Source: a virus
Length of the DNA stretch: 64,000 nucleotides
Direction: 5' to 3' (one strand)
Virus record (IMG/VR): IMGVR_UViG_3300034782_000062
Span: 1-64,000 of that record
A program made the translations under genes and the position numbers. This document shows, one piece after another, positions 18,167 to 27,219 of the stretch. The stretch's first letter is position 1. Each line of letters begins with the position of its first letter. Under the pieces are notes generated by a model. That model ran no database searches. It saw nothing but the letters and a program-made list of their open reading frames with translations, and was not told the origin of the DNA.

Positions 18167-18410
18167 CCATCTCCTCGTCGAACTGGGGCCACATCACCTG
18201 ACCGATATAGCTCCCGATGGCCATGACATCGCGGCGCAATCCGAGGTTTTCAACGAAAAACCTTTTCGTCTGCTCTGCGAGCGCAGGGCTGATGGTCTCC
18301 GCGGTCTCGATGGCCTTGTTGCCAGCGCCGACACCATGAGCCACGTGCCGAGCGGCGACGTTCAGCTCACGAGCCATCTTGTTCAGCTTCATCTGCCGTT
18401 CGTAGCTCAT
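18051..18410 (-). CDS. Hypothetical protein
   Basis: ATGA coupling to the upstream gene; overlaps the next gene by about 115 nt. Confidence 0.5.
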   Translation of the reverse strand: MSYERQMKLNKMARELNVAARHVAHGVGAGNKAIETAETISPALAEQTKRFFVENLGLRRDVMAIGSYIGQVMWPQFDEEMDDAVQYGYEDASRYPGGGDAAGPPPVGLSGVVRRRGVG

Positions 18411-19561
18411 CGACGCGCCCTTTCATCAGTCTCGTCCTCGTCTATTGCGCTATAAACAACTCTTTCGCAATCTTCGCAGATCCCGTGCGTCTGCTGCACT
18501 GTCTCAGGAATGAATCCGTACTGCCACCGGCCATCGCGCCACACGCGCTTGCACCAAGCGCACACTCGCAGCATTTCTTCCCCCTCTGGATTCCTGGATC
18601 GTTTCTTCGGGTATCTACCCCTTCGCGGAACATAGATGCCCTCTTGCACCAGCCATTTCTTGGCCGTTGCCTCATTCACCCCAACATCCTTAGCCAAAGC
18701 CCTGATGCTCATCTCTGGCTCGTAGAGAGAAATGAGCAGGCGCCGCTTCTCTTGCAGCCCCTCTGACAATACCCGCGTCGACGGATCTGGCGGTTGATAG
18801 AATTCGGTCTCCTGTAACCATCGAAGCGCTGTAACTGGTTCAATCCCCAGATCACGCGCTAGCTTTCTGACGCTTGCCCCAGGAGTGTACCTGCGAAAAA
18901 GCTCTTGCTTCAGCGACTCATACTCGGAATACTTCGGCAGGCTCCTCTTTGTCCTTCTCCCTTTTCTCGGGACATAAATCCCCTCCTCTTTGAGCCATTT
19001 CTTGGCCGTTGCCTCATTCACCCCAACATCCTTAGCCAAAGCCCTGATGCTCATCTCTGGCTCGTAGAGAGAGATGAGAAGTCGTCGCTTTTCTTCTAGC
19101 TCGGGCGACACCCCTCGCGGGACATAAACACCTGCCTCTTTTAGCCATTTTGTTACCGTTGCCCTCGGGATGCCCAAGGACGCAGCAAGCCTATTAATGC
19201 TCATCCCTGGTTCATATGCTTCAAGAAGAACTCCCCTCAGCTCCTCTTGCTCCTCAGTCCGTGCTGGATTCACTTCCCAAGCCGCTGGAGTCCGGGGCGC
19301 CCCCAAGAAAAACGGCTCATCGTATCGAAGCACGCGATAGCTCTTGTAGAGGATCGCCGCCATGCCCACCCAGAATCCCCACTTGATGATGAAGTCGAGC
19401 GGGGCGCTTCCTGTCGAGACACGGACACCAGCCGCGTCGATGAAGTAGCCAGCCCCCTGCTGGTCCTGAACCGGCTGAATCGCGCTCGGGCAGGGGTAGT
19501 ACATCGAGGGGCCATTGGGTCGTCGCGTGACGCTATAGGGCAAATTGACCGCGTATGTCAT
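18407..19561 (-). CDS. Membrane-anchored protein with four HTH repeats and a C-terminal Zn ribbon
   Basis: TM (WGFWVGMAAILY); four copies of Y.P..S...LA..LG....T..KWL; CAWC...HGICEDC. SD AGAGGA before ATG 19561. Confidence 0.75.
   Translation of the reverse strand: MTYAVNLPYSVTRRPNGPSMYYPCPSAIQPVQDQQGAGYFIDAAGVRVSTGSAPLDFIIKWGFWVGMAAILYKSYRVLRYDEPFFLGAPRTPAAWEVNPARTEEQEELRGVLLEAYEPGMSINRLAASLGIPRATVTKWLKEAGVYVPRGVSPELEEKRRLLISLYEPEMSIRALAKDVGVNEATAKKWLKEEGIYVPRKGRRTKRSLPKYSEYESLKQELFRRYTPGASVRKLARDLGIEPVTALRWLQETEFYQPPDPSTRVLSEGLQEKRRLLISLYEPEMSIRALAKDVGVNEATAKKWLVQEGIYVPRRGRYPKKRSRNPEGEEMLRVCAWCKRVWRDGRWQYGFIPETVQQTHGICEDCERVVYSAIDEDETDERARR
18651..19072. repeat. 80-bp exact direct repeat (18651-18730 and 18993-19072) encoding HTH repeats 2 and 4
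   Basis: Identical agccatttcttggccgttgcc...ctcgtagagaga blocks 342 bp apart. Confidence 0.9.
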
Positions 19562-19671
19562 TACATCCTCTGACGAGGAAGGAGGATGAGCCACCTGATA
19601 GACCTGGGCCGGCGGTGGCAACAGGTGGCCTGCACCGGCATCATAGCACATTCCTTAGGTCTCACGCTAGG

Positions 19672-20079
19672 TTACGATCTCTTGGCTTGTTCTGGAATTT
19701 CCCAGAATTCTTCGAGAGCGATGCGTTCACCGTTGGAAGAATCAGCAAGACCAACCAACCGCCCGTCGGGCCTGACGAGGATCATCTCCTGGACCTGTCC
19801 GCCGATACCAGCGCCCTGAACCCGACGAGCAAGGGTTGCGGCAAGGGCCATGCACACCTGAGTGGTCTTAATAGGAAGGCACGCTCGATCCATCGCCGAA
19901 AAGTCAGCAAGAACCAGCGTCTCCGGCTCCAGCTTGTCGGGTGGCCTCAAGGTCACAGGAGGATTATTGGGCCGCTTCGCAATCCGCTGCACCGCCTCCA
20001 TGCTGTGCTTAAGCTGCTCCTCGGGGGGCAACCCTGGGAGTCCCGACTGCGTGGGAACCCCTTCCTCTCTAGCCATCAT
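19672..20079 (-). CDS. Hypothetical protein
   Basis: Packed ORF, 135 aa. Confidence 0.55.
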   Translation of the reverse strand: MMAREEGVPTQSGLPGLPPEEQLKHSMEAVQRIAKRPNNPPVTLRPPDKLEPETLVLADFSAMDRACLPIKTTQVCMALAATLARRVQGAGIGGQVQEMILVRPDGRLVGLADSSNGERIALEEFWEIPEQAKRS

Positions 20080-20479
20080 CTTCGCCCCTCGCGAGCCCGG
20101 TCAACCAACGAGCCAGCCTCTTCGGATTCTTCCGATACTCCTGGCGTCTTCGCTCCTGGTCCTCTGTAAGCTTGTCGAGTTGCTCTTGATGCTCACGCTC
20201 GATGCGGATGACCTCGTCGACGTGAGCTTGGCGGGCTGCTTCAATCTCAGCATCAACCTCTTCATCGTGTTGCCTTACAGCCTCTCGAATGTCGTCAAGC
20301 GGCGTGATGACTTTTCCGTCACGACGACGAAAGAGTACTCCCCCGAGAACAAACCCGAGAACCAGGATGACAAAGCCAGCCGGTATCCAGCCCCATTTTC
20401 GGAACCAGTTCCACGCCTTCGTCCACCAGGGCAGCTCAAAGGGAATATCCTTGCCAATCGTGTTCTGTTCGGATGGCAT
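20069..20479 (-). CDS. TM plus coiled-coil protein next to the holin-like gene
   Basis: WGWIPAGFVILVLGFVLGGVLF TM followed by a coiled coil. Start ATG 20479 with GGAGG SD, downstream of a promoter. Confidence 0.6.
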   Translation of the reverse strand: MPSEQNTIGKDIPFELPWWTKAWNWFRKWGWIPAGFVILVLGFVLGGVLFRRRDGKVITPLDDIREAVRQHDEEVDAEIEAARQAHVDEVIRIEREHQEQLDKLTEDQERRRQEYRKNPKRLARWLTGLARGEDDG

Positions 20480-20492
20480 CAAACCCTCCGGG

Positions 20493-20524
20493 ATAACATA
20501 TGCTATCTTGGGATCGAGTGTCAA
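20493..20524 (-). promoter_or_regulatory. Promoter TTGACA-N18-TATGTT with a one-mismatch operator copy ATAGCA-TA-TGTTAT (20493-20506)
   Basis: Read from the sequence; the operator overlaps the -10. Confidence 0.6.
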
Positions 20525-20544
20525 GCGAGTAGGAGGGCGCAGCA

Positions 20545-21045
20545 TCAGTCTTCGTCATCACCGTCTTTGCCCTTGTCCTTCTCCTTCTCGTCCTCGTCGC
20601 TCTTGGGAATCGGCGTCTCCTTTGGAGTAACACGATCATCTGACGACACCTCATCACCATCGACATCATCGTCTTCGACGGGAGCAGGAGGCGGCGTTGG
20701 CGTAATACTTGGAACAAGTTTGCTTGGGTCTTCGGGTAGCACCACCCCCTGACGCTCCAATATGCGACGGATGAGCTGGTAGCCAATAGAAGCAAGGAAG
20801 CCACACCAGAGACCAGTAAGAATGCGCGTTCCTATTGTTGGGGTATCCTCCCCTGGCGGCATTGCCCCCGGTATCCATACAAAACCCTGACAAAGAATGG
20901 CTGGGTAGATCGGCATGAGTTTTCTGACCCACTCGATCCTCTTCATCCCCTTCCAAACCTTTCTGATGACCCACATGATGAACCATGCTGCGGCTGCCAT
21001 CAGAACGATATTTGTATTCAGAAGCTGCTGCTCAAGATCGCCCAT
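20545..21045 (-). CDS. Holin-like membrane protein (2-3 TM, highly charged C-tail)
   Basis: Hydrophobic segments followed by a long acidic/basic tail. Confidence 0.55.
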   Translation of the reverse strand: MGDLEQQLLNTNIVLMAAAAWFIMWVIRKVWKGMKRIEWVRKLMPIYPAILCQGFVWIPGAMPPGEDTPTIGTRILTGLWCGFLASIGYQLIRRILERQGVVLPEDPSKLVPSITPTPPPAPVEDDDVDGDEVSSDDRVTPKETPIPKSDEDEKEKDKGKDGDDED

Positions 21046-21070
21046 AGGATGTCCCTCCTTTAAAGGAGAG

Positions 21071-21102
21071 AGTATACCATTAATGTATTCATCCTGAGGA
21101 CT
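21071..21102 (-). promoter_or_regulatory. Extended -10 promoter (TGGTATACT) with a CRTCYTSARGAYG-type site at the -35 position
   Basis: Intergenic, upstream of the holin-like gene; AAGGAGG SD downstream. Confidence 0.55.
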
Positions 21103-21144
21103 ATCGGCGGGATGGATATTTTACGCCTATGGAGTGACCACGAC

Positions 21145-22275
21145 TTAACTCAACAGCCACTTAACCAAGGGTGCCGAGGTGGTTTCCCACGACCACTGAG
21201 CCTGTACCGCCTCGGCCATGTCCCGAGAAGCCTGCCTGAGGTTGTCATAGCCGTTGAGACAGCTCTCCATGGCTGCTCTTACGTCCGTGGCCCTTACTTC
21301 GGGCGCGAGCCCGAACTTACCCCACGCCTTGATCATCGGGCCGTGAGGCACTTCGACGATTCCCCAGCGGAAAGGAGCGTCGTCTGGATCCATATGATCC
21401 CTGTGCCCAGTGCAAAAGGTCTGGATGACAGGCACTCCGCATGCTCTCATCTCCAGGGGAATCATCCCGAACCCCTCAGCGCGGCTTGGGAAAACCCCAG
21501 CATGGCACCCAAGATAGCTCTTGCGAATCTCGTCCTGGGATCGAGCCCCAGAAAAGAAGTGGATTTGCATCCGACTCTTGACCTCTGAGGGAATTGCCTT
21601 GAGGAGCTGCCTGACCGGCTTCGACTTCATCCCAAAAATGATTCTCAGGATGACGTCCTGGCCGGCTTCAACGAGCTGCTCGAAGGCGTCGATGACCTGG
21701 GGCGTCCCTTTGCGCTCGGGAAAGAAAACAGCAGAGCACAAGTGAAGGAACACAAACTTCTCTCCGACGACCTCTTCATCGAACAAGTTATCATCCTGAG
21801 GACGAAACACCGGAGATAGACCATGGTTGAGAACCATGACCGGCCGTTCGACACCCGAGTCTTGGATTACTGACCTGTACCAGCTCGACGGCGTAAGGAC
21901 GAGGTCTTGCTGGTTCATGAGCTGCTTCCAGGAGTCCGGAAGCACGTCGACATCACCGACGAACATGCCGGCCATCTTGATACTGTTCTCCTTGACCCGC
22001 ATAAGGTGATGAGACGGGTTGACGGCCACGCACTTATCAACCCCGTCAACAGGAACGACCCCCCCCTGCACAAGATCGATCACCTCGTTTTGACTCAAGA
22101 AGGTGACCTGATCGTTTGAGTCGAAGCAGGGCTCCGTGTGATCCGGAGAGCCGTCCCAAGTAACGTCCGCAACAACCGGTTCGATTCCGGCTTCGAGCAT
22201 GGCTTTGAGGATACCCTTCGAGACGACCGGATAGCTGGTGTAGCCAGACACAGGCCCCACGAAAAGCACTCTCAT
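21145..22275 (-). CDS. Glycosyltransferase family 4
   Basis: LNHGL, PERKG, VFPSRAEGFGMIPLEMRACGVPVI. Confidence 0.9.
   Translation of the reverse strand: MRVLFVGPVSGYTSYPVVSKGILKAMLEAGIEPVVADVTWDGSPDHTEPCFDSNDQVTFLSQNEVIDLVQGGVVPVDGVDKCVAVNPSHHLMRVKENSIKMAGMFVGDVDVLPDSWKQLMNQQDLVLTPSSWYRSVIQDSGVERPVMVLNHGLSPVFRPQDDNLFDEEVVGEKFVFLHLCSAVFFPERKGTPQVIDAFEQLVEAGQDVILRIIFGMKSKPVRQLLKAIPSEVKSRMQIHFFSGARSQDEIRKSYLGCHAGVFPSRAEGFGMIPLEMRACGVPVIQTFCTGHRDHMDPDDAPFRWGIVEVPHGPMIKAWGKFGLAPEVRATDVRAAMESCLNGYDNLRQASRDMAEAVQAQWSWETTSAPLVKWLLS
21792..21804. repeat. Palindromic motif (CATCCTGAGGACG)
   Basis: Perfect match, intragenic. Confidence 0.8.
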
Positions 22276-22517
22276 GAGTCTTTCCTTTTTTGACCAGGAC
22301 TTAATTTCGTCCTGCGAATGGAAAGCTCCGGCTGGTCCCTAGTAAACACGAAAATTGTACATTCGCGCAGGTCCAGCAATATCGGAGCGTCCGTCCTTGC
22401 GATGTGATAGGTGTTTCCGTGCTTGTCCTTCTTCGGGATGAGCTTCAGTGTCACATCGGTCTTCTGACCTTCGTCCCTCTCATCCGGAGGAGACCCTGTA
22501 TCCTTCCTAGAACTCAT
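22272..22517 (-). CDS. Small hypothetical protein
   Basis: ATG 22517 overlaps the end of the upstream gene. Confidence 0.5.
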   Translation of the reverse strand: MSSRKDTGSPPDERDEGQKTDVTLKLIPKKDKHGNTYHIARTDAPILLDLRECTIFVFTRDQPELSIRRTKLSPGQKRKDS

Positions 22518-23946
22518 CGTCCGCTTCCTCCTCCGCGGTCTCCCTTGCATGCACAAGGGCCTGTGCGAGCTGCGTTCCCACGTCGAGTTGCCCGAACTTC
22601 GCCTGCATCGAATCCCAGGCGAGCCTGTCAGGGCCGAATCGCTGCTCAGCCGCAAGCCTCATGGCATCGACCAAGGAATCATCTTTCGGATCAGCCCATT
22701 GCTGCTCGGGCTCATAGCACCCGATGCCCTGCATATTTTTGACAGAGGTCAGCTCGTAATCCACGAGCAGATTTGGTCCGTAATCTCCTTCGACCTGCTC
22801 GACGGCGCCCGCCGTCCTGTAGGTCTGAAGCATCTCATCTCCGAACTTTTGCCAGGTGGTTCCGTTCTTGAGCACCTCGCAGGCTGCTCCCCATCCTGTC
22901 GTGATGACCCGGCTGCCACAGAGGCGCGCTTCCATTTCTGGAAGCCCGAACCCCTCTCCTCGGGTCGCTGAGACGTAGCAATCGCCGTCCAGGTGGAAGG
23001 CGCGTATCTGATCGATCGGCCATTGACCAGTGAAAAATCTAAGTGGTGGACGCTTCTCGGTGATACCCGACTGCTCCAGCGCTTCCTTTGCCAGCTCCTT
23101 GAGCTGACTCTTCTCCCCGCTGCTCTTGATCCTGAGGATGACGTCGTCTCGCCCCTGGAACGCCTTGAAATAGCAGCGCATTAGACCAGTAAGGTTTTTG
23201 CGTTCGATCGGAGTCGCGATGGAGTAAAACACGTACTTCTCGCGACCTCGATCGGGTAGCAGCTCTTCCTCTGTCGGTCTTGGCCATTTCTCCTCGTCGA
23301 AGGTGTGCGGCACCACCTCTATGGGGCACGAAACTCCGCTCTGCTCGAAAGCTTTTTTCGCATGCTCCGACGGAACAATGATGAGGTCCAGCTCGCTTAA
23401 CACGACTGCGATCGCTTCAGGCACCTCAGAGGTCTCCCAGACTGTGAGCCCGACATAGGCGACACCAGGGGGGCGCCCCTTCTTGACGAAGTTCGTGTAG
23501 TGTCGACAGATGGATGCAGGATCGTGGTGAATGACCACACACCTCACCTCGAAGCGTTGGCTGCTTGTGTACTGCTGCTCGACATCGAGATCGATTGATC
23601 CTTCTGTTATTTCGATCTCGACCTTCTCTGGATTCCCGTGTTTGTCCTTGCCGTCGATGATTCTCTTTGTTCCGATGCGCGGATCGCCAGCCTTGACCAG
23701 CGTCATCGGCTTCATGCGCACCTGGTCAGGTGGCCGCATCAGCGGCGCGAAGACCTCCATATCTGAGTCCGACTCACCATCAATCCGAAGCAGCGCTGTC
23801 GAAAGCGACGGCGGCAGACGGAGACCCTGATAATTCGTGCTCATCAGACCGCGGAGATAGCCCCTGGTAGCAAAGTCGTGGCCGTCGCCCATCCCCAAGG
23901 TGCTGTACCAAATCGTAATCGGAAATGCTTTTTCTTCGTCGCCCAT
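22507..23946 (-). CDS. Glycosyltransferase family 4
   Basis: VWETS, IERKN, VSATRGEGFGLPEMEA. Start ATG 23946. Confidence 0.9.
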   Translation of the reverse strand: MGDEEKAFPITIWYSTLGMGDGHDFATRGYLRGLMSTNYQGLRLPPSLSTALLRIDGESDSDMEVFAPLMRPPDQVRMKPMTLVKAGDPRIGTKRIIDGKDKHGNPEKVEIEITEGSIDLDVEQQYTSSQRFEVRCVVIHHDPASICRHYTNFVKKGRPPGVAYVGLTVWETSEVPEAIAVVLSELDLIIVPSEHAKKAFEQSGVSCPIEVVPHTFDEEKWPRPTEEELLPDRGREKYVFYSIATPIERKNLTGLMRCYFKAFQGRDDVILRIKSSGEKSQLKELAKEALEQSGITEKRPPLRFFTGQWPIDQIRAFHLDGDCYVSATRGEGFGLPEMEARLCGSRVITTGWGAACEVLKNGTTWQKFGDEMLQTYRTAGAVEQVEGDYGPNLLVDYELTSVKNMQGIGCYEPEQQWADPKDDSLVDAMRLAAEQRFGPDRLAWDSMQAKFGQLDVGTQLAQALVHARETAEEEADDEF

Positions 23947-23947
23947 G

Positions 23948-24700
23948 TCACCCTCCAACCTTCTGCCACTCGTCGAAAGACACCTCCTTGAAGTGAGGCT
24001 CGACATCTTCCTGCCAGTACTGGGTCCACCAGTGGAAGTCGGTCCCGAGTCGAAGGTGGGGATTCATCACGATCTTGTGGATCAGGTGCCAGTAGAGGAT
24101 GCGTTTTCGCTCGGCAAAGACAGGATCGTCAGCCGACGGGCCTGCATGTTCGACCCAGGCAATGGGATCGTACTCACGCGCCCACACAGCCCACAGATCA
24201 CCCGTCGCCTTGTGCAGCGGCGCCTCGTGTATGTAGCCCATCATCTTCATGACTGACTTGCGGAAAACTCGACCGTTGTCATCGGTGAGTATCCCGGGGT
24301 CGAGCTTGCCTTCTACGACGGCTCGAACCTTATCCGGTTCGCCGCGCATTGCTCTAAGGGCAGGAACATTTTTATGAAGGTCGTCGATGGTGACCAGAAG
24401 ACCATTATCGTGCCAGACCTCGCCCGGATCGCCGTATATGATCCACTCGTTCGACGACTGGTCGACAGCCTTCTGCTTGGCCGAACCGAACCCATACTCC
24501 CACAGCTCTCGATCGCTGACCTCGCAGAATACGTCTGCCGTGTCCCTGAACCATCGGCGCGACTCGGCATCACTCTCCTGATCAGCGATGCTAATCTCCA
24601 GGTCGATGCCAGGGATGGCTCGAATGCTATCGATGAGCTGAACGGTCTCGTCCACTCTGTTGTGCGTCAGGATACACAACGTCATCGCAAGATCTGCCAT
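23948..24700 (-). CDS. Glycosyltransferase family 2-like
   Basis: TLCILTHN, IADQES, WIIYGDPGE, GYIHEAP. Confidence 0.7.
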   Translation of the reverse strand: MADLAMTLCILTHNRVDETVQLIDSIRAIPGIDLEISIADQESDAESRRWFRDTADVFCEVSDRELWEYGFGSAKQKAVDQSSNEWIIYGDPGEVWHDNGLLVTIDDLHKNVPALRAMRGEPDKVRAVVEGKLDPGILTDDNGRVFRKSVMKMMGYIHEAPLHKATGDLWAVWAREYDPIAWVEHAGPSADDPVFAERKRILYWHLIHKIVMNPHLRLGTDFHWWTQYWQEDVEPHFKEVSFDEWQKVGG

Positions 24701-24709
24701 AGCGGCCTC

Positions 24710-25276
24710 CTATGCGTCTTGCATGAAGTTGTCTGTGATCTTAAAACGCCTGCCACAGTAGGTGCACTTGAACGTCTCCTTGATTGTCAAGCGCCTCGAC
24801 ACGATGGCTGGCTGCCCCTTCGAGCCCATGACCGGCCGTCCATCCGGGAGCGTTACGACACCCCAGTCTTTTTGGTCCAGGTCTTCAATCTCGAAGTGCT
24901 TGTTGCCGTAAGTAATCGAGAGGATGCTCCTCTTTGAGTCCTCAGGACGAGTCCCGGGAGGATCAGGCTTCGAGCACCTCGGACACTCGATATGAATAAC
25001 AGGAGGGAGTTTCCCATCACTGTTCATGACAGCCTGGTCACCAAGAAGGTCACACTCGACGACCGCATCCTTCACTGGGCTACGATAGACGAGGTAGATG
25101 TGCTCCTCGGGGGTTTCGCTCAATGTCGTGAGCGCGCTAAGGATCGGGCGCCCCTTCTCATCGAAGCCTTTGCGAATCTGCACCCTTGCGGGGGGCTGCA
25201 CGTTGGGATTGACAGGCTCAGGATCGTCGATCTGCGGACCCTTGATCAGATACTTGTCGTCGGGATCGTGCGACAT
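24710..25276 (-). CDS. Hypothetical Zn-finger protein (CPRC / CTYC)
   Basis: Two CxxC pairs. Confidence 0.6.
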   Translation of the reverse strand: MSHDPDDKYLIKGPQIDDPEPVNPNVQPPARVQIRKGFDEKGRPILSALTTLSETPEEHIYLVYRSPVKDAVVECDLLGDQAVMNSDGKLPPVIHIECPRCSKPDPPGTRPEDSKRSILSITYGNKHFEIEDLDQKDWGVVTLPDGRPVMGSKGQPAIVSRRLTIKETFKCTYCGRRFKITDNFMQDA

Positions 25277-25360
25277 CTGTGTAAGCTCCTTGGATCATTC
25301 GGTTTTGTGATTTTTGCGTGTGTGAATGGGATGGTAGCAGATGCGAGCATTCATGTCGAG

Positions 25361-26788
25361 CTATGTCACGACGCGCTCAACCCTTCTCTGAGCATAAGCC
25401 GTCTTCATGACCACATCGAACACACGCCATGAATAGTTGTAGAGCAGCCCGTAATCCAGGCCGACAGAAAGAGCTTTTGCTTCATCTCGACTGGTCTTGA
25501 GAGGAATGACGTCGCCCCGGAAGTCGATTGCTTCGAGAAATGCTCTCACCGAACGCATGAGGGGAGTTGGTGCGACACAGGCGACGAGTGCATCTACCGA
25601 GACGATGCCGTTGCCCTTGGCTTCGAGATATGGATAGCGCTCTTCTTCCTCTGTGAGCTGCATCTCCTCAACCTCTTCGCCTGTGAGATCACGATGCCAG
25701 CGCCTGACACGCCGTGTGAGAGCAGCAGAAAGCTTTTTCGTGTTCAGAACCATATCGCTTTCCATGGGGCCATCGAATCGCAGAGGCGGACCAAGCACGT
25801 AAAAGTGTGACCGCCCATAGACGCTAATCTCCCATTGCCCAGTGAGCTGCTCGAACAGAATGGCGGATGCGTTGCTCAGGAAGTCTCTCGTTACCTCTGT
25901 CCAGACGTCTGTCGTGTATGTCACAACAGGCCATTGGCCTCGACGCCTGAAATAGGGTTTCATCCCTTCGAGCACCACCATGGGATTGACGACGAGACAT
26001 ACTGGACCGAAGCGCGCTCCTGGCACCTGACTCACAGCCATAGATGGGTAGAGGAGACCACCACAGTGGTTTATGAGTCTGGCTATCTTTCTCCAACCGA
26101 CACCGTAGCGCGCAACGTCGAGGCTGTGAGTGACGATGAAATCGAGGTCCCGATCCTCAAACCGACAAGCCATTGGACCGTCGGGCTCTGCCGATATGAC
26201 AGGGGCAAGCCTGCAGAAATCGGCACCTGGCGCCTTCACATACTGTGATGTGCGCTCATCCCGCACCTCAACCTGAACGATCCAGTCAGGCTTGGCAGTG
26301 CTTTCGGTTTCCTTTCGCTTCGCGTTGTAGAAATATGTCTGTTTCTGGTTCCACTCCCAGGGAGAACCCTCCTTGGGCATCAGCGTCGTGAATGCTTCGG
26401 CCTCAATGTCTCGCTGCTCGAAGAAAGCCTGAATCGACTCGCTAATAGAGTCCATCACCTGGCTGACATGAGCCCTGCGGCTATCCATCGTCTGACCGAT
26501 GCCGCCCTTTACGCCGACAACTCGCCCATCATCATGCCTCCAAGGCCGCGCCTTGAGACCCATCGCCTGCTGTATCGAGATATCGAGGAGGTGGTCTTGG
26601 TTGTTCAACATGGGGTCAATGAAAGCCCGAAGCTCGATGCGAAGCGCAGGGCCGCGCAGAGCGAATTTGGCAGTGCCATCCTTGCCCCACCAAGCCAGAA
26701 CCTCATCTGCACCAATCTGGTTGAGCCCGTACCAATTCTGAAGAGCATCAGCAGCTTCGATGAGTTCGGTGGTGGGCTTCCGGGCCAT
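25361..26788 (-). CDS. Hypothetical protein; C-terminal half possibly ADP-ribosyltransferase-like (polyvalent-protein type)
   Basis: VTHS...GGLLYPSMAV...FGPVCLV...YTTDVW...YLEAK pattern, recognised from memory only. Confidence 0.4.
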   Translation of the reverse strand: MARKPTTELIEAADALQNWYGLNQIGADEVLAWWGKDGTAKFALRGPALRIELRAFIDPMLNNQDHLLDISIQQAMGLKARPWRHDDGRVVGVKGGIGQTMDSRRAHVSQVMDSISESIQAFFEQRDIEAEAFTTLMPKEGSPWEWNQKQTYFYNAKRKETESTAKPDWIVQVEVRDERTSQYVKAPGADFCRLAPVISAEPDGPMACRFEDRDLDFIVTHSLDVARYGVGWRKIARLINHCGGLLYPSMAVSQVPGARFGPVCLVVNPMVVLEGMKPYFRRRGQWPVVTYTTDVWTEVTRDFLSNASAILFEQLTGQWEISVYGRSHFYVLGPPLRFDGPMESDMVLNTKKLSAALTRRVRRWHRDLTGEEVEEMQLTEEEERYPYLEAKGNGIVSVDALVACVAPTPLMRSVRAFLEAIDFRGDVIPLKTSRDEAKALSVGLDYGLLYNYSWRVFDVVMKTAYAQRRVERVVT

Positions 26789-26793
26789 GACGA

Positions 26794-27219
26794 TCACCTC
26801 TTGAAGAAAACAACATTTAATCCAGGAAACGAGGGCAGGTGCTCCATCCTCGGATCGACACCTCGTTTCCATGGAGGAATCTCAGGCTCGATGCTGCGCG
26901 CCTTGAGAGCCTCCTTGTCGATCCAGATGTACTCGATACCTGACCAGTCGACGAAGTAGCAACGCATCCCGTCGTAGAACCCCTTCTTGAAGGTTATCCA
27001 CGACGACCGCTCCAGCTTCTCGACCATGCCGTATCGCTCGTCGACGACGCCCTTCCAGAGCATCCAGTCGACGAGACCTCGGCAGTGTCGCTGCATCGTC
27101 TGATAGGTGACCTCGACAGAGCCCTCCTGCATGTCGTTGATCAGCACGCCTGGGCTCTCCTCTATGGGCCACCACGGCTCGTCTGGACACGCCAGCATGT
27201 AGACGTAGCGCTTACTCAT
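26794..27219 (-). CDS. Hypothetical protein
   Basis: ATG 27219 overlaps the end of the upstream gene. Confidence 0.55.
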   Translation of the reverse strand: MSKRYVYMLACPDEPWWPIEESPGVLINDMQEGSVEVTYQTMQRHCRGLVDWMLWKGVVDERYGMVEKLERSSWITFKKGFYDGMRCYFVDWSGIEYIWIDKEALKARSIEPEIPPWKRGVDPRMEHLPSFPGLNVVFFKR

